Source: an uncultured candidatus Porisulfidus sp. (GTDB lineage: Bacteria > Pseudomonadota > Gammaproteobacteria > Poriferisulfidales > Poriferisulfidaceae). Taken from it: a DNA stretch of 64,000 nt. Shown piece by piece: positions 33,110 to 42,935 of this stretch (the first letter of the stretch is position 1; each line of letters opens with the position of its first letter). The translations under genes were made by a program, and so were the position numbers. A model generated the notes under the pieces. The model saw only the letters and a program-made list of their open reading frames with translations, had not been told where the DNA came from and ran no database searches. The DNA lies in contig OZ241993.1 in assembly GCA_965204575.1 (NCBI GenBank), positions 928,001-992,000 on the forward strand, given 5' to 3'.

Positions 33110-34468
33110 TTATTTCCCTTCCGGCTCCAGCTCGGTTTCGGTCACTTCTGCCGAGATCGAGCCGTCGGAAACCCGCAATTCGAGGGCATCACCGACACGG
33201 GTCTGGCTGGTCTTCCGGATTAATTCAGGTCCGGACGGAGCCTTCAGGGTCGCGATCGCATAGCCGCGCTCGAGGGTGCGCAACGGGCTGACCGCCTCAA
33301 GGGTTCCACTCGCTTGCTTTAGTCTGGCGCGCAAGGCTCGGTGCAGGTTCCGGGTTGCCGCATTGATCCGCCACCGGTATTGCTGGATTGCCTGCTCCAA
33401 CCTGGCCAGGCGCGGGGTCGGTGAGCAGGCAAGCAGGCGGCGGTGGGCCAGGGCCAACTGATGCTGCCGTCGCTCCATCCGTTGGCGGAGTACCTGAACC
33501 AGGTGTTCGGATGTCTCATCCAGTCGCTGCTGGTGTCCCCTGATTTGGGCAGCCGGGTGGGCCAGCTCGAGCCGGTGGCTTTGAGTGTCCAGTTCCCGAT
33601 AGACCTGTTTCAGGCGAAGGCCGAGGAAACTATGGAGTCGCCCCAGAAATCTCAGGCCTTGCTGTCTGAGCGAAGCCATGTCCGGGCTTGCCTGTTCCGC
33701 TGCTGCAGTCGGAGTGGCTGCTCGGACATCGGCAGCGAAATCGGCCAGGGAGGTGTCGGTCTCGTGACCGATTCCGGTAATCAGAGGAATCGGGCAGGCG
33801 GCGACCGCCCGCACGACCGCCTCGTGGCTGAAAGCCAAGAGGTCTTCGAAGCTGCCGCCTCCCCGCGCCAGGATCAGGACCTCGCACCGGTCATCCCGGG
33901 AAGCGAGGGAAAGGGCCTCGGCTAACGAAGCTGGAGCTTCTTCGCCTTGGACTCTTGACGGGTAGACGCAAAGCCGGGCGATTGGCCAACGCCGACGCAG
34001 GGTCCGCGCCACGTCCCGCAATGCCGCACCGTCGGTCGAGGTGATCACGCCGATCATCATGGGGTAGGGGGGCAGGGCCTGCTTTCGCTGCGGGTCGAAC
34101 AGCCCTTCGTCTCTGAGCTTAGCCTTCAATTCCTCCAGACGCCGCAACAATTCTCCCCGGCCTTCCGGCTCCATGTCCTCGACGACCAGTTGGTAGCTGC
34201 CCCGCTGTACGTACAGGTCGACCCGAGCCCGGACCCGAATGGCGTCCCCGTCTTGGGGGGCGAACGAAACCCGCTGGTTCCGGTTGCGGAACATGGCGCA
34301 ACGGATTTCCGAGTCCGGGTCCTTTAGGGTGAAGTACCAGTGGCCGGAGGCGTATCGCTTCAGGCCGCTGATCTCCCCGCGCACGATAACTTCCGAAAAG
34401 TTTTCCAGCAGGAGCGTCCGGACCTGCTGGTTGATTTCGGCGACGGTATAGACGAGGGAGGCGGGCAC
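33110..34468 (-). CDS. xseA: Exodeoxyribonuclease VII large subunit
   Basis: GEIS..SGHWYFTLKD, GVITS..GAA.RD, ARGGGS.EDL, GHETD, TPTAAAE, L.RGYAI; GTG start inferred. Confidence 0.96.
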   Translation of the reverse strand: MPASLVYTVAEINQQVRTLLLENFSEVIVRGEISGLKRYASGHWYFTLKDPDSEIRCAMFRNRNQRVSFAPQDGDAIRVRARVDLYVQRGSYQLVVEDMEPEGRGELLRRLEELKAKLRDEGLFDPQRKQALPPYPMMIGVITSTDGAALRDVARTLRRRWPIARLCVYPSRVQGEEAPASLAEALSLASRDDRCEVLILARGGGSFEDLLAFSHEAVVRAVAACPIPLITGIGHETDTSLADFAADVRAATPTAAAEQASPDMASLRQQGLRFLGRLHSFLGLRLKQVYRELDTQSHRLELAHPAAQIRGHQQRLDETSEHLVQVLRQRMERRQHQLALAHRRLLACSPTPRLARLEQAIQQYRWRINAATRNLHRALRARLKQASGTLEAVSPLRTLERGYAIATLKAPSGPELIRKTSQTRVGDALELRVSDGSISAEVTETELEPEGK

Positions 34469-34507
34469 GGGATTTCGAAGAAATAGCCTCCACGATTGTA
34501 GGCTATA

Positions 34508-34516
34508 TGCTAAAAT
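34508..34516 (+). promoter_or_regulatory. Extended -10 promoter for the tRNA
   Basis: TGCTAAAAT ending 18 nt before the tRNA 5' end. Confidence 0.5.
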
Positions 34517-34534
34517 CAAAACCCGGCCGAGTGA

Positions 34535-34611
<77 letters not shown>

Positions 34612-34624
34612 CCGCAGTTGACTT

Positions 34625-34850
34625 TAGGAATAGGGAGCCTCTTGGCTCCTTTCCGTTCATATAGCCCTCCACATAGTGTTTCAGCCCTTCGCCCGCATGG
34701 CCGAAGCCATGGCGCGCATAGTCCTGTTGACCAAGGCGAGAAACTCTTCGCGACTACGTGGGTGCGCTGATCATCAGTGCCCGGCGCTGGCTGGAGGAGA
34801 ACGAACAGGGGTTGATCATCGACCTGTACCGACCCCTGTTTGTTGAGCAT
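34625..34850 (-). pseudogene. Possible decayed SRPBCC paralog fragment
   Basis: One minus frame reads QDYARHGFGHAGEGLKHYVE, resembling GYMRRGFIDVAEGLKRYAE of the adjacent SRPBCC gene; no intact ORF. Confidence 0.35.
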
Positions 34851-34873
34851 CCCGGAACGGGGTCGGATGAGGG

Positions 34874-35326
34874 CTAGTTGCGGGCGTAGATCGCCTCCGC
34901 GTAACGCTTTAATCCTTCAGCCACATCGATAAAACCGCGGCGCATGTAGCCCCCGTTCAGCAGCAAGACTACCGGAGCCATCAAACCGGTCAGTTGGTCC
35001 GTGTTGTGATAGGTGCAGCGGGTTTCATCCACTGGCTCCAGGATCTGCTGCCGCACCGCAACCAGGAACCAGCGGGCTCCGAACGTCTTGGTCCAGGCGA
35101 TAAGCTCGGGCTTCTCGAACGCGCACACGGTTTCGGTGATCTTCATCATCGTCGGTCCCATTCTGACCCGCAGGTGTACAGGCGACCCGATCTTGAAATC
35201 CGTTTGAGCCTGCGGCGTGAACGGGTTCCACTCTCCGTATTTTCCGACCTCGGTCAAGACGCCCCAGACAAAGCCAATTGGCGCGTTGATCTGAATGGGG
35301 TCGGTGCGGACTTCAAATTTTCTCAT
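34874..35326 (-). CDS. SRPBCC/polyketide cyclase-like ligand-binding protein
   Basis: I.INAP...VW.VLT...Y.EWNPF...LKRYAE; GGAGG RBS before ATG 35326. Confidence 0.85.
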   Translation of the reverse strand: MRKFEVRTDPIQINAPIGFVWGVLTEVGKYGEWNPFTPQAQTDFKIGSPVHLRVRMGPTMMKITETVCAFEKPELIAWTKTFGARWFLVAVRQQILEPVDETRCTYHNTDQLTGLMAPVVLLLNGGYMRRGFIDVAEGLKRYAEAIYARN

Positions 35327-36323
35327 GCTCGCCTCCGTCGGGTTTCTTGAGCGTTGAAACCCATGCCTCCGATTGCTCCCACAGTTGCTTCGACACGGTC
35401 TCGTCCTTGCTCTCGTCAGTCGATTCCCCGATCTTGCAACGTACATAATACTGCCCGCCTTGCAGGGGAGACTGGCTGGCGCACATCACGGTGGTTTGCG
35501 CGCCATGCGTTCGGTGCAGCATGACCAGGGGCGCCAGTACGGAACTGACTCGGACCCAGATGTCTCCGATCTTCCCTTTCGGGATTCCCATCCGCGCCAT
35601 GTTGGTGTCGACGGAACCCGGATGCACGGCCATTGAGTGCAGGTTGTACTCTTTTGCGAACCGCCTCTCGATTTCGCGCGAAAAGTGAACCATCGCCAGT
35701 TTCGACCGTCCGTACGCGCTCAGGGAATGGTAGGTTTTTTCGTCGTTGAACAGGTCCTCGTTCTTGCCCTGGTCGTGCAGGTGGGAAGATACGTTGACGA
35801 CTCGCACATCCCCGCTTTCCAGTCCGCTTTGCTTCAGGAGCGGCAGCAGCAGGCTCGTCAGATGGAAGGATCCGAGATAGTTGGTACGCCAGTGGATCTC
35901 GAAGCCGTCCTCGGTCAGGGGCATCTTTTTCCATGGTTTGAGGACCTCTTTCAGAATGCCCGCATTGTTGACCAGTACGTGCAGTTTTCCGTCATGGCTT
36001 TCCCGGTACCACGTTGCAAAATCGCTGACGCTGTCGCTGTCGCACAGGTCCAATGAGCGGACCGCGACGTTGTTCTCGTCGACGCCGCTCTTGCGCAGGT
36101 CGTCCTTCAGGGACTCTTCCGCTTGCGCGACGTGACGCCGACTGGTGGCGACGACCGATGCGCCCCAACCTGCAAGGATTCTGGCGGTTTCATAACCGAG
36201 GGAATGGGGGCTCGCGCCGGTCACGATGACGTTCCGACCGGACATGTCGACTTTTTTCGCCATCGGTTTGGGGGTGAGAAGGCACCACACATGCTTGGCG
36301 GTTTTGGAGAGGGCGCGTGACAT
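35313..36323 (-). CDS. Short-chain dehydrogenase/reductase (retinol-DH/WWOX-like)
   Basis: IVTGASPHSLG, LVNNAG, TEDGFE..NYLG, VNVSS, YGRSK, VHPGSV. Confidence 0.9.
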   Translation of the reverse strand: MSRALSKTAKHVWCLLTPKPMAKKVDMSGRNVIVTGASPHSLGYETARILAGWGASVVATSRRHVAQAEESLKDDLRKSGVDENNVAVRSLDLCDSDSVSDFATWYRESHDGKLHVLVNNAGILKEVLKPWKKMPLTEDGFEIHWRTNYLGSFHLTSLLLPLLKQSGLESGDVRVVNVSSHLHDQGKNEDLFNDEKTYHSLSAYGRSKLAMVHFSREIERRFAKEYNLHSMAVHPGSVDTNMARMGIPKGKIGDIWVRVSSVLAPLVMLHRTHGAQTTVMCASQSPLQGGQYYVRCKIGESTDESKDETVSKQLWEQSEAWVSTLKKPDGGEHEKI

Positions 36324-36338
36324 TTTTTGGCGAAAGAG

Positions 36339-37109
36339 TTAGAGGGATTCCCGCGATTTTGCCACTAGGGCCTCACTGGCTTCCCATAAGCGGGTCCCAT
36401 TTTTCGGATCTGATGCGGCTGGCGAGACGGATTTCTTGTGCATCAGGTGCAGGTACATGCCCGTGGTTTCGCCTGCCGCTTCCGCGCAGCACAGGCAGAT
36501 GGCGGGCCCGATGGCTTTTTCCGGAGGCGGGAAGAGTAATCTTAATGCCGGGTGGATGATTGGTTTCAGCGGCAGCGGCGCATCTCTGGCGATATTCGTG
36601 GCAACCCCTCCGGGGCATATCGCGTGCACCGCGGCCTCCACATTGTCGCCGGAGTTGAGGCGCCGGGAAAGTTCGGTGTCGAACGTGCACGGGATCAGCT
36701 TGCTCAGGCCGTAGTGTTTCAGGCCTTCTTTCATGCCGTAGTCGGCGAATGCACCGAAGCGCTCGAAGTCGATGGCATGGGAAGACCGGTGCGACTCGGA
36801 GGAGACAAAGACGATGCGCGGGGTCTTGACCGCCCTGCGCGGCATCAACCCGGCATTCATCAGTGCGATGTCGATGCGAATCTCGCGCTGGCTCAGGCGG
36901 TCGCAGAAACGGTGCACGGATTCGAGGTCGGCGAGATCCGTCTCCATCATCTCCTCGGTTTCGGAGCCGGACAGCCGCTTGATTTCATCGCAGGTGTCGA
37001 CATGTCCGGGTCGGCAGGCCAGGATCATGTTCCCGCCCCGCCTTGCGAGTTCGATTGCAGCAGCTCGGCCCAGGCCGCCCGCCCGAGCCACATGCCGCCG
37101 CCGGATCAT
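36339..37109 (-). pseudogene. SDR oxidoreductase, probably pseudogenised (degenerate N-terminus, internal deletion)
   Basis: NAG, VSS, YGLSK and CPGGV are present, but NAGLMPRRAVKTP joins directly to RIVFVSS, missing the GFE..N.LG helix; TGxxxGxG is incomplete. Confidence 0.7.
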
Positions 37110-37298
37110 CCGTGGCGGAAGATGGGGCAGGCAACGGCCGCGCTGGCTGAGGCGCGAAACGCCCGACCCGCTTCTTCAACCGGCGTGAATCCTTGAAAAA
37201 TCTAGCCGATGAGCGGCTCGGCGCTTGACGAATCGGGGATTTCCATGAAATCCCGGGCTGCCGCCCGCCCGCCCAACCGAAAAAGGGAAAATTTTAAC

Positions 37299-37333
37299 TT
37301 TGTGTTGACACAAATCCGTGAAGCGCCCAAACT
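37299..37333 (+). promoter_or_regulatory. Sigma70-like promoter with palindromic operator upstream of the TonB receptor
   Basis: TTTGTGT-TG-ACACAAA inverted repeat overlapping TTGACA (37305-37310), then 17 nt, then CAAACT. Confidence 0.45.
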
Positions 37334-37382
37334 TCTTCCTTGTCATACGATACAAAGTCATATCTACTCTGGGAGACCCGGC

Positions 37383-40040
37383 ATGGAGCTAGGCAAAAGC
37401 ATTCCACTGTCCGTGACTTTCGGCCTGTCTTTGTTGCTTGCCGGAACTTGGCCGTCGGTCGTTCTGGCCGAAGAGGAAGAGGTTGAGGAACTGGTCGTCA
37501 TTGGGACTCGTGCCCAGCCCCGTTCGGTCATGGATTCCTCGGTTCCCATCGACGTGATCGACAGCGAGAGCCTCATCGACCAAGGTTCCAGCGACATGAA
37601 TTTCATGCTGCGTACTCTCGTGCCGTCATTTCATGTGAATATGCAGCCGGGCCGTGATGCATCAGCGTTACAGAACCCGATCAATTTGAGGGCATTGGCG
37701 CCGGACCATACGCTGATCTTGGTGAACGGGAAGCGCCGCCACCGTGCTGCAACCATCACGTGGCTCTCCGACGGACGATCGAATGGCGCTCAGGGTCCGG
37801 ACATCTCCGTCATTCCCGGGATCGCCCTGAAACAAGTGGAGGTGCTGCGAGACGGGGCTGCGGCCCAGTATGGTTCGGATGCAATCGCTGGTGTGATCAA
37901 TTTTGTCCTAAAAGACGATTCGGAGGGTGGGGAACTCGAATTCCGCTATGGGCGATACGATGAGGGCAACAACGAGGAAAAAACCCGCGTATCCGGAAAT
38001 CTGGGCATGCCGCTCACTGATAATGGATTCGCCAACGTCAGTTTTGAATACAGCTCGGATTCCCCGACGGTCCGCAGTGTCCTGCGCGACGACGTCAGGG
38101 GAATGATCGAGGGAGGCAACACCCATATCGACGATCCTGCACATGTCTGGGGAAGCCCTGACATTCACGGCAACATCAAGACCTTCTTCAACCTGGGCAT
38201 GGATGTGGATGCGGACAGACAACTGTATTCGTTCGGCAACTATTCCCGCCGGAAGGTCACCACTGGATTCTTCTACCGTGAACCCGAAGATGAGACCGGA
38301 GTGTTCACACAGCAGGTAAAAAAGGACTTAAACAACGATGGCGATACTGAAGACATGGGAGAGATCTACCATGTACCCCTAATTTACGACCGAACTACGC
38401 CAGGCAGAAATTACATTAAAGAGCCAACCACAGAGCAAGGACTGGCCACGACAAATTGCGAGCAATACCTGAATCACATGGCAACCCAAGACTTCCAAAT
38501 AGGAGCTGACGGATTGCCGATGGATCTGGCAGGGCTCTTGAGAGATGACAACTGTTTTTCCTACCACGAGTGGTTCCCGGGCGGGTTCCAGCCCCGGTTT
38601 GGAGGCAACGTGACCGACTATTCCTTGGTTGTGGGGTTGAAGGGCGAAATCAACCGCCTGTCGTACGACATCAGCGCCAGCCTCGGCGAGAACGAGGCCG
38701 AATACTTCCTCCACAATTCGGTGAACCCCTCCTGGGGGCCCGATAGCCCGACTTCGTTCGATCTGGGCTCCTACATCCAGAAGGAAACGAACGTCAACAT
38801 CGATTTGGCGTACATGGCCGATGTCGGGCTCGCCTCGGACCTCAATGTCGCGGCGGGCCTTGAGTGGCGCGAGGAGCGATTTGAGATTACCCGGGGCCAG
38901 CGCGAATCCTGGGACAAGGGTGAATACGTCCTCAGCGGATCCAGGAACGGATCCAACGGCTTCAACGGATTCGGCCCGACGGCGGAGGGCAAATGGGACC
39001 GCGAGAACATCGCGGCATACCTGGATCTTGAAGTGGATGTGCAGCCGAACTGGACGGTCGGCGGGGCGGTTCGCTGGGAAGACTTCGATGATTTCGGAAC
39101 CGAAACCACGGTCAAGGTATCCACCCGGATTCAGGCTTCGGAAGTGCTCGCCCTGCGCGGTTCTTTCGGCACCGGTTTTCGTGCACCGACGCCCGGACAG
39201 CAAAATGCGTACAACGTCAGTACGATCTTTGATCCACTTACCGTGGAGCCGGTCGATTCCGGGACGGTCCCCTCGAACAGTGCCCTGGCCAAGGCATTCG
39301 GAGGCAAGACACTGGAACCGGAAGAATCCGACAACTTCACGGTGGGGGCCATCTTTGAACTGGATGCCCTGAACATCACCGTGGACTACTTCCGGATTGA
39401 CGTGGAGGATCGCATCTTCCTCTCCGAGCAGATCAAGATCCAAGACGTAGAGGGCGCAGAAGACGATGAAGGTAACGTAATCGGCGATGGCATGGTCGAC
39501 GGATACCCAACCGTGGCAATTGCTGACGTGCCGGGCTTCGATTCGATCCGGTTCTTCGAGAACGATTTCGACACCAAGACTGACGGTTTCGATGTCGTCG
39601 TGACGTATTCGACAGCGAGCGACATGGGCGACACGGACTTCCTCTTGTCGTACAACCGTACCGAGACCGAAGTCGCCAAGTCCAGCAATTTGAGCGCAAG
39701 CGGAATCAAGTGGCTCGAGGAGGGGGCGCCGGAAACCCGTTACGGCGCGACCGTCAATCACGAAATGGGCGATTGGAAATTCCTGCTGCGTTACCACCAC
39801 TTCGGTGACTGGTATTCCGGCTACGATACCGAGGACTACGACGGCTACGGTTTGGCGGACATCGGCATCACCCGCCGGATCAACAGCCATGCCAGCGTGA
39901 CGCTGGGTTCCGACAACGTCCTGGATGAGACGCCGGACCGTTCCGTGCGGAGGTTTTTCCGTGGCAACAAGTATCCCCGTTTCTCCCCGGGCGGGATCGA
40001 CGGACGCTTCATTTATGCCCGCGCCCGGCTGGAGTTTTAA
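37383..40040 (+). CDS. TonB-dependent receptor
   Basis: Signal peptide, EELVVIGTR, TLILVNGKRRH, VEVLRDGAAAQYGSDAIAGVINF, GFRAP, LEPEES, terminal Phe. Confidence 0.93.
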   Translation: MELGKSIPLSVTFGLSLLLAGTWPSVVLAEEEEVEELVVIGTRAQPRSVMDSSVPIDVIDSESLIDQGSSDMNFMLRTLVPSFHVNMQPGRDASALQNPINLRALAPDHTLILVNGKRRHRAATITWLSDGRSNGAQGPDISVIPGIALKQVEVLRDGAAAQYGSDAIAGVINFVLKDDSEGGELEFRYGRYDEGNNEEKTRVSGNLGMPLTDNGFANVSFEYSSDSPTVRSVLRDDVRGMIEGGNTHIDDPAHVWGSPDIHGNIKTFFNLGMDVDADRQLYSFGNYSRRKVTTGFFYREPEDETGVFTQQVKKDLNNDGDTEDMGEIYHVPLIYDRTTPGRNYIKEPTTEQGLATTNCEQYLNHMATQDFQIGADGLPMDLAGLLRDDNCFSYHEWFPGGFQPRFGGNVTDYSLVVGLKGEINRLSYDISASLGENEAEYFLHNSVNPSWGPDSPTSFDLGSYIQKETNVNIDLAYMADVGLASDLNVAAGLEWREERFEITRGQRESWDKGEYVLSGSRNGSNGFNGFGPTAEGKWDRENIAAYLDLEVDVQPNWTVGGAVRWEDFDDFGTETTVKVSTRIQASEVLALRGSFGTGFRAPTPGQQNAYNVSTIFDPLTVEPVDSGTVPSNSALAKAFGGKTLEPEESDNFTVGAIFELDALNITVDYFRIDVEDRIFLSEQIKIQDVEGAEDDEGNVIGDGMVDGYPTVAIADVPGFDSIRFFENDFDTKTDGFDVVVTYSTASDMGDTDFLLSYNRTETEVAKSSNLSASGIKWLEEGAPETRYGATVNHEMGDWKFLLRYHHFGDWYSGYDTEDYDGYGLADIGITRRINSHASVTLGSDNVLDETPDRSVRRFFRGNKYPRFSPGGIDGRFIYARARLEF

Positions 40041-40136
40041 GCAGATTGGTGAGTCTACAGGCCGATTCCGACGCTTGGGAATTGACTGTTCAGTCGAGTC
40101 GATCAGGCGCCAAGGTTTTGCGCAGGTGAGTCAGCG

Positions 40137-41330
40137 CTAATCGCTTTCCCACTCATTTCCGGGCATATTCCGCCGCATAAATCGATCAAACAGCGGAACT
40201 GTAAATGCCGTATCACCATGATTCGGGCTCCAAATCACACCGCTTTTGATTAGATTGCCCCTGGTCGGGGCAACGCTTGAAACCTCTCGCCCGAGGCGCT
40301 TGGCGATTTCACCAGATCGATGGGGTCCGGGTCCGAGGTCGGCCATCGCCCGGAGATATTTCGTCTCAAACGGCCTGAGGCGATCTAGCCGAACGCGGAA
40401 AAAACTGTCATCTAACGCAGCAATCGCCATGTCTGAGGCATTCTTAACATCGGTGAGCGAAATTGGAGATTGAGCCGCACAGTCCCAGGAGTGCTTGCCC
40501 CATTCCTGGAGAAAGTATGGGTAGCCTTCCGTCTGTCGAATAATTTCGGTCACCGCATCACTGGTATAGGTGGCATTTTCTTCTTCGGCTGGTCGGAGGA
40601 TGGCTGCCTTGGCCGACTCCTCATCCAGTGCCCCCACATTTGGAAATTCGAATAACCGCTCAGCATATGATTTTGCCTGGCCCGTACGGCCTCTCAACTG
40701 AGGAAGTCCTGCGCCAATCAATGTAATGGGCAGTTGACGCTGTGCACAGCGATGCAATGCACAAATCAAAGCAGCCAGTTGCTCTTCTTCTACGTATTGC
40801 AATTCATCAATGAACATCACGACAGCTGTGTTCGCTTTTTGTGCGATCGTTCCGACTGTCTCCAGCAGGGCCGACATATCCTGCTCTAGGTTCCCCTGGT
40901 CGGCGAGCCCGGGTTCGGGTTCAAAATCGAGAGCAACCTCAATGTCTGCATATTTGAGTTTCAGCACTTTGGCAAAACCGGCAAGTGCTTGGAATCCCCT
41001 TTCGACCATATCCCTCACTCGTTCGACTTGGCTGAGCTTCAACAAGGTAATTCGAAGTTGTAACGCCAAGAGGGTGGGAAGTGATCTTTCCTCTGGTGCC
41101 TCAATGCGGAGGGTGTAAAGTTCCATGGATTCGGCGTTCTCGCGAATCTTTTCCAGCAATACGGTTTTTCCGACTCCTCGCAAGCCGACCATTAAAATTC
41201 CTCTGGAGGGCTTTCCACGACGGAATCGTTCCATGGCAATCCGCGCCTGTTCGCATATGTCATCTCGCCCAGCGAGTTCTGGAGGTGGGGTTCCCGCACC
41301 AGGAGAGTAGGGGTTTTGAATTGGGTCCAT
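40137..41330 (-). CDS. AAA/P-loop ATPase with C-terminal winged helix
   Basis: NPYSPGAG..P..LAGR, Walker A GLRGVGKT, Walker B MFIDELQ, GYPYFLQ, wHTH-like tail; AT-richer than its flanks. Confidence 0.88.
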   Translation of the reverse strand: MDPIQNPYSPGAGTPPPELAGRDDICEQARIAMERFRRGKPSRGILMVGLRGVGKTVLLEKIRENAESMELYTLRIEAPEERSLPTLLALQLRITLLKLSQVERVRDMVERGFQALAGFAKVLKLKYADIEVALDFEPEPGLADQGNLEQDMSALLETVGTIAQKANTAVVMFIDELQYVEEEQLAALICALHRCAQRQLPITLIGAGLPQLRGRTGQAKSYAERLFEFPNVGALDEESAKAAILRPAEEENATYTSDAVTEIIRQTEGYPYFLQEWGKHSWDCAAQSPISLTDVKNASDMAIAALDDSFFRVRLDRLRPFETKYLRAMADLGPGPHRSGEIAKRLGREVSSVAPTRGNLIKSGVIWSPNHGDTAFTVPLFDRFMRRNMPGNEWESD

Positions 41331-41481
41331 GAACCGGATTATACATAAATTAGTAAAGTTATAGAAAAAACATAAACTCGATAAACTCAATATGATTGTA
41401 CTTGGGTTTCAGCGGAACACAGAGACCTCTGACCTGTAATTGGACAAGTAAAAATTTGATAAATAATGAGTTTTCATCACC

Positions 41482-42024
41482 CTATGCTTTCGGAAACTCC
41501 TTTTCAACCAGAACCTCGTAGCGAGGGCCAGCAGGCAGCAGTTCCGACGCAATCAAGGCGCACCGGCATGCCGTCCACCGGATCTCGGGGGTCGGGTCTT
41601 CCGACAGTTTTTCCTGCGGGTCGGCCTTGCGAATCAGAGTGATGTGAGGGCGATAGGCCCCCTTTCCGACGCGCAGGCCGATTTTCCTGACCTGCCGACG
41701 CAAGGATTGATGCAAGAGCCCGAGTTCCGGGGGAGGCTCGGAAGGACCGACCCACAGGATGCGGGCATTGTTTTGCCGGAATCCCCCGAGCGTGTCGAGC
41801 GTCAGGTCGAATGATTCTCCTTCGATGCCCGCGGCGATGCCGCGAACCGCATTCACCTCGTCGGCTTCGACATGGCCGAGGAACAGCAAGGTCAGGTGCA
41901 GGTTTTCCGCAGGAACGGGACGTCCACCTGCCTGACTCAAGTTTTTTTGCAACTGGCGCAATTGCTTGCGCACGGCCTCATCGGGCAGCAATGCAAAAAA
42001 CAGTCGCTGCGGTGAGTCCGGCAA
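41482..42024 (-). CDS. thpR: RNA 2',3'-cyclic phosphodiesterase (2H phosphoesterase)
   Basis: RLFFAL, NLHLTLLFLG and PHITL two-histidine motifs; TTG start inferred. Confidence 0.9.
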   Translation of the reverse strand: MPDSPQRLFFALLPDEAVRKQLRQLQKNLSQAGGRPVPAENLHLTLLFLGHVEADEVNAVRGIAAGIEGESFDLTLDTLGGFRQNNARILWVGPSEPPPELGLLHQSLRRQVRKIGLRVGKGAYRPHITLIRKADPQEKLSEDPTPEIRWTACRCALIASELLPAGPRYEVLVEKEFPKA

Positions 42025-42031
42025 GTCGCGG

Positions 42032-42256
42032 TCAGTGTGCCTTGTGGAATTTGCCGTAGGAGGCTTCGGCACTTGCGACCCGTTGCGGCCAGAAGGTTTT
42101 TTCGGGTTCCTTGGCGCACAATTCGGCACACTTCTGGGTCGCCTCGCCATAGGTCATTTCGCCGTCCAGTTTTCCGGTCTCGAATTGGTACTTGGCTCTC
42201 CAGGCAATGATGTAGCCTTTTTCGTCGGCGGGTCTGACTAGGGTTTCTTCGCTCAT
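42032..42256 (-). CDS. Hypothetical 74-aa protein
   Basis: Protein-like composition; ends 7 nt before thpR; AT-rich promoter region upstream. Confidence 0.65.
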   Translation of the reverse strand: MSEETLVRPADEKGYIIAWRAKYQFETGKLDGEMTYGEATQKCAELCAKEPEKTFWPQRVASAEASYGKFHKAH

Positions 42257-42315
42257 GGTTCAGGGTGTGGTTGAAACTATTTAATAATATACCGGATGAG
42301 ACGGATTATTCCAGA

Positions 42316-42921
42316 ATGGACAGGCTGACTCGCGCTTCCGCGGGAGCGGACCCGCTTGAATTGTTTTCCTGCTGGCTCAAGGATGCCGAGCAGGGGGGCT
42401 TGGTGTTGCCGAATGCGGTGAATCTGGCGACGGTCGACGCGGAAGGCCGGCCCCGGGCGCGGATGGTGCTGTTCAAGGGGCTGGAGAGCGGGGGCTTCGT
42501 TTTCTACACCAATTACCACAGCGCCAAGGCCCGGGAACTGGAGAGTCGCCCGGATGCCGCGTTGACTTTCTGGTGGGAACCTCCCGGGCGGCAGGTCCGG
42601 GTGGAGGGCACGGTTCGCCGCCTGGATGCGGAGATCGGCGATGCCTATTTCCGGACCCGCCCCCGCGACAGCCAGATCGGGGCGTATGCCTCCAGGCAGA
42701 GCGAGGAAGTGACGGACCACCACCAGCTGGAGGATCAATACCGGGAAATTGAACAGCGGTTCGAAGGCCGGGAAATTCCGCGACCCGAGTTTTGGGGCGG
42801 TTACGTGCTGGCGCCGGAGCGGATCGAATTCTGGCAGAACGCCTCCGGGCGAATGCATGACCGCATCCGGTATCAGCGGACAATCGAAGGAGGCTGGCGA
42901 CAAGACCGCCTGTCTCCCTGA
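42316..42921 (+). CDS. pdxH: Pyridoxamine 5'-phosphate oxidase
   Basis: LATVD..GRP.ARMVL.K, FYTNY.S.K, RQVRVEG, SQIGA.AS.QS, EFWQ....RMHDR, RLSP. Confidence 0.96.
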   Translation: MDRLTRASAGADPLELFSCWLKDAEQGGLVLPNAVNLATVDAEGRPRARMVLFKGLESGGFVFYTNYHSAKARELESRPDAALTFWWEPPGRQVRVEGTVRRLDAEIGDAYFRTRPRDSQIGAYASRQSEEVTDHHQLEDQYREIEQRFEGREIPRPEFWGGYVLAPERIEFWQNASGRMHDRIRYQRTIEGGWRQDRLSP

Positions 42922-42935
42922 ATGCAATTTTTTCG

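Noticed and set aside
34612-41480. tRNA-anchored integrative element
   Set aside because: No integrase and no duplicated tRNA 3' end seen; accessory character alone is not enough
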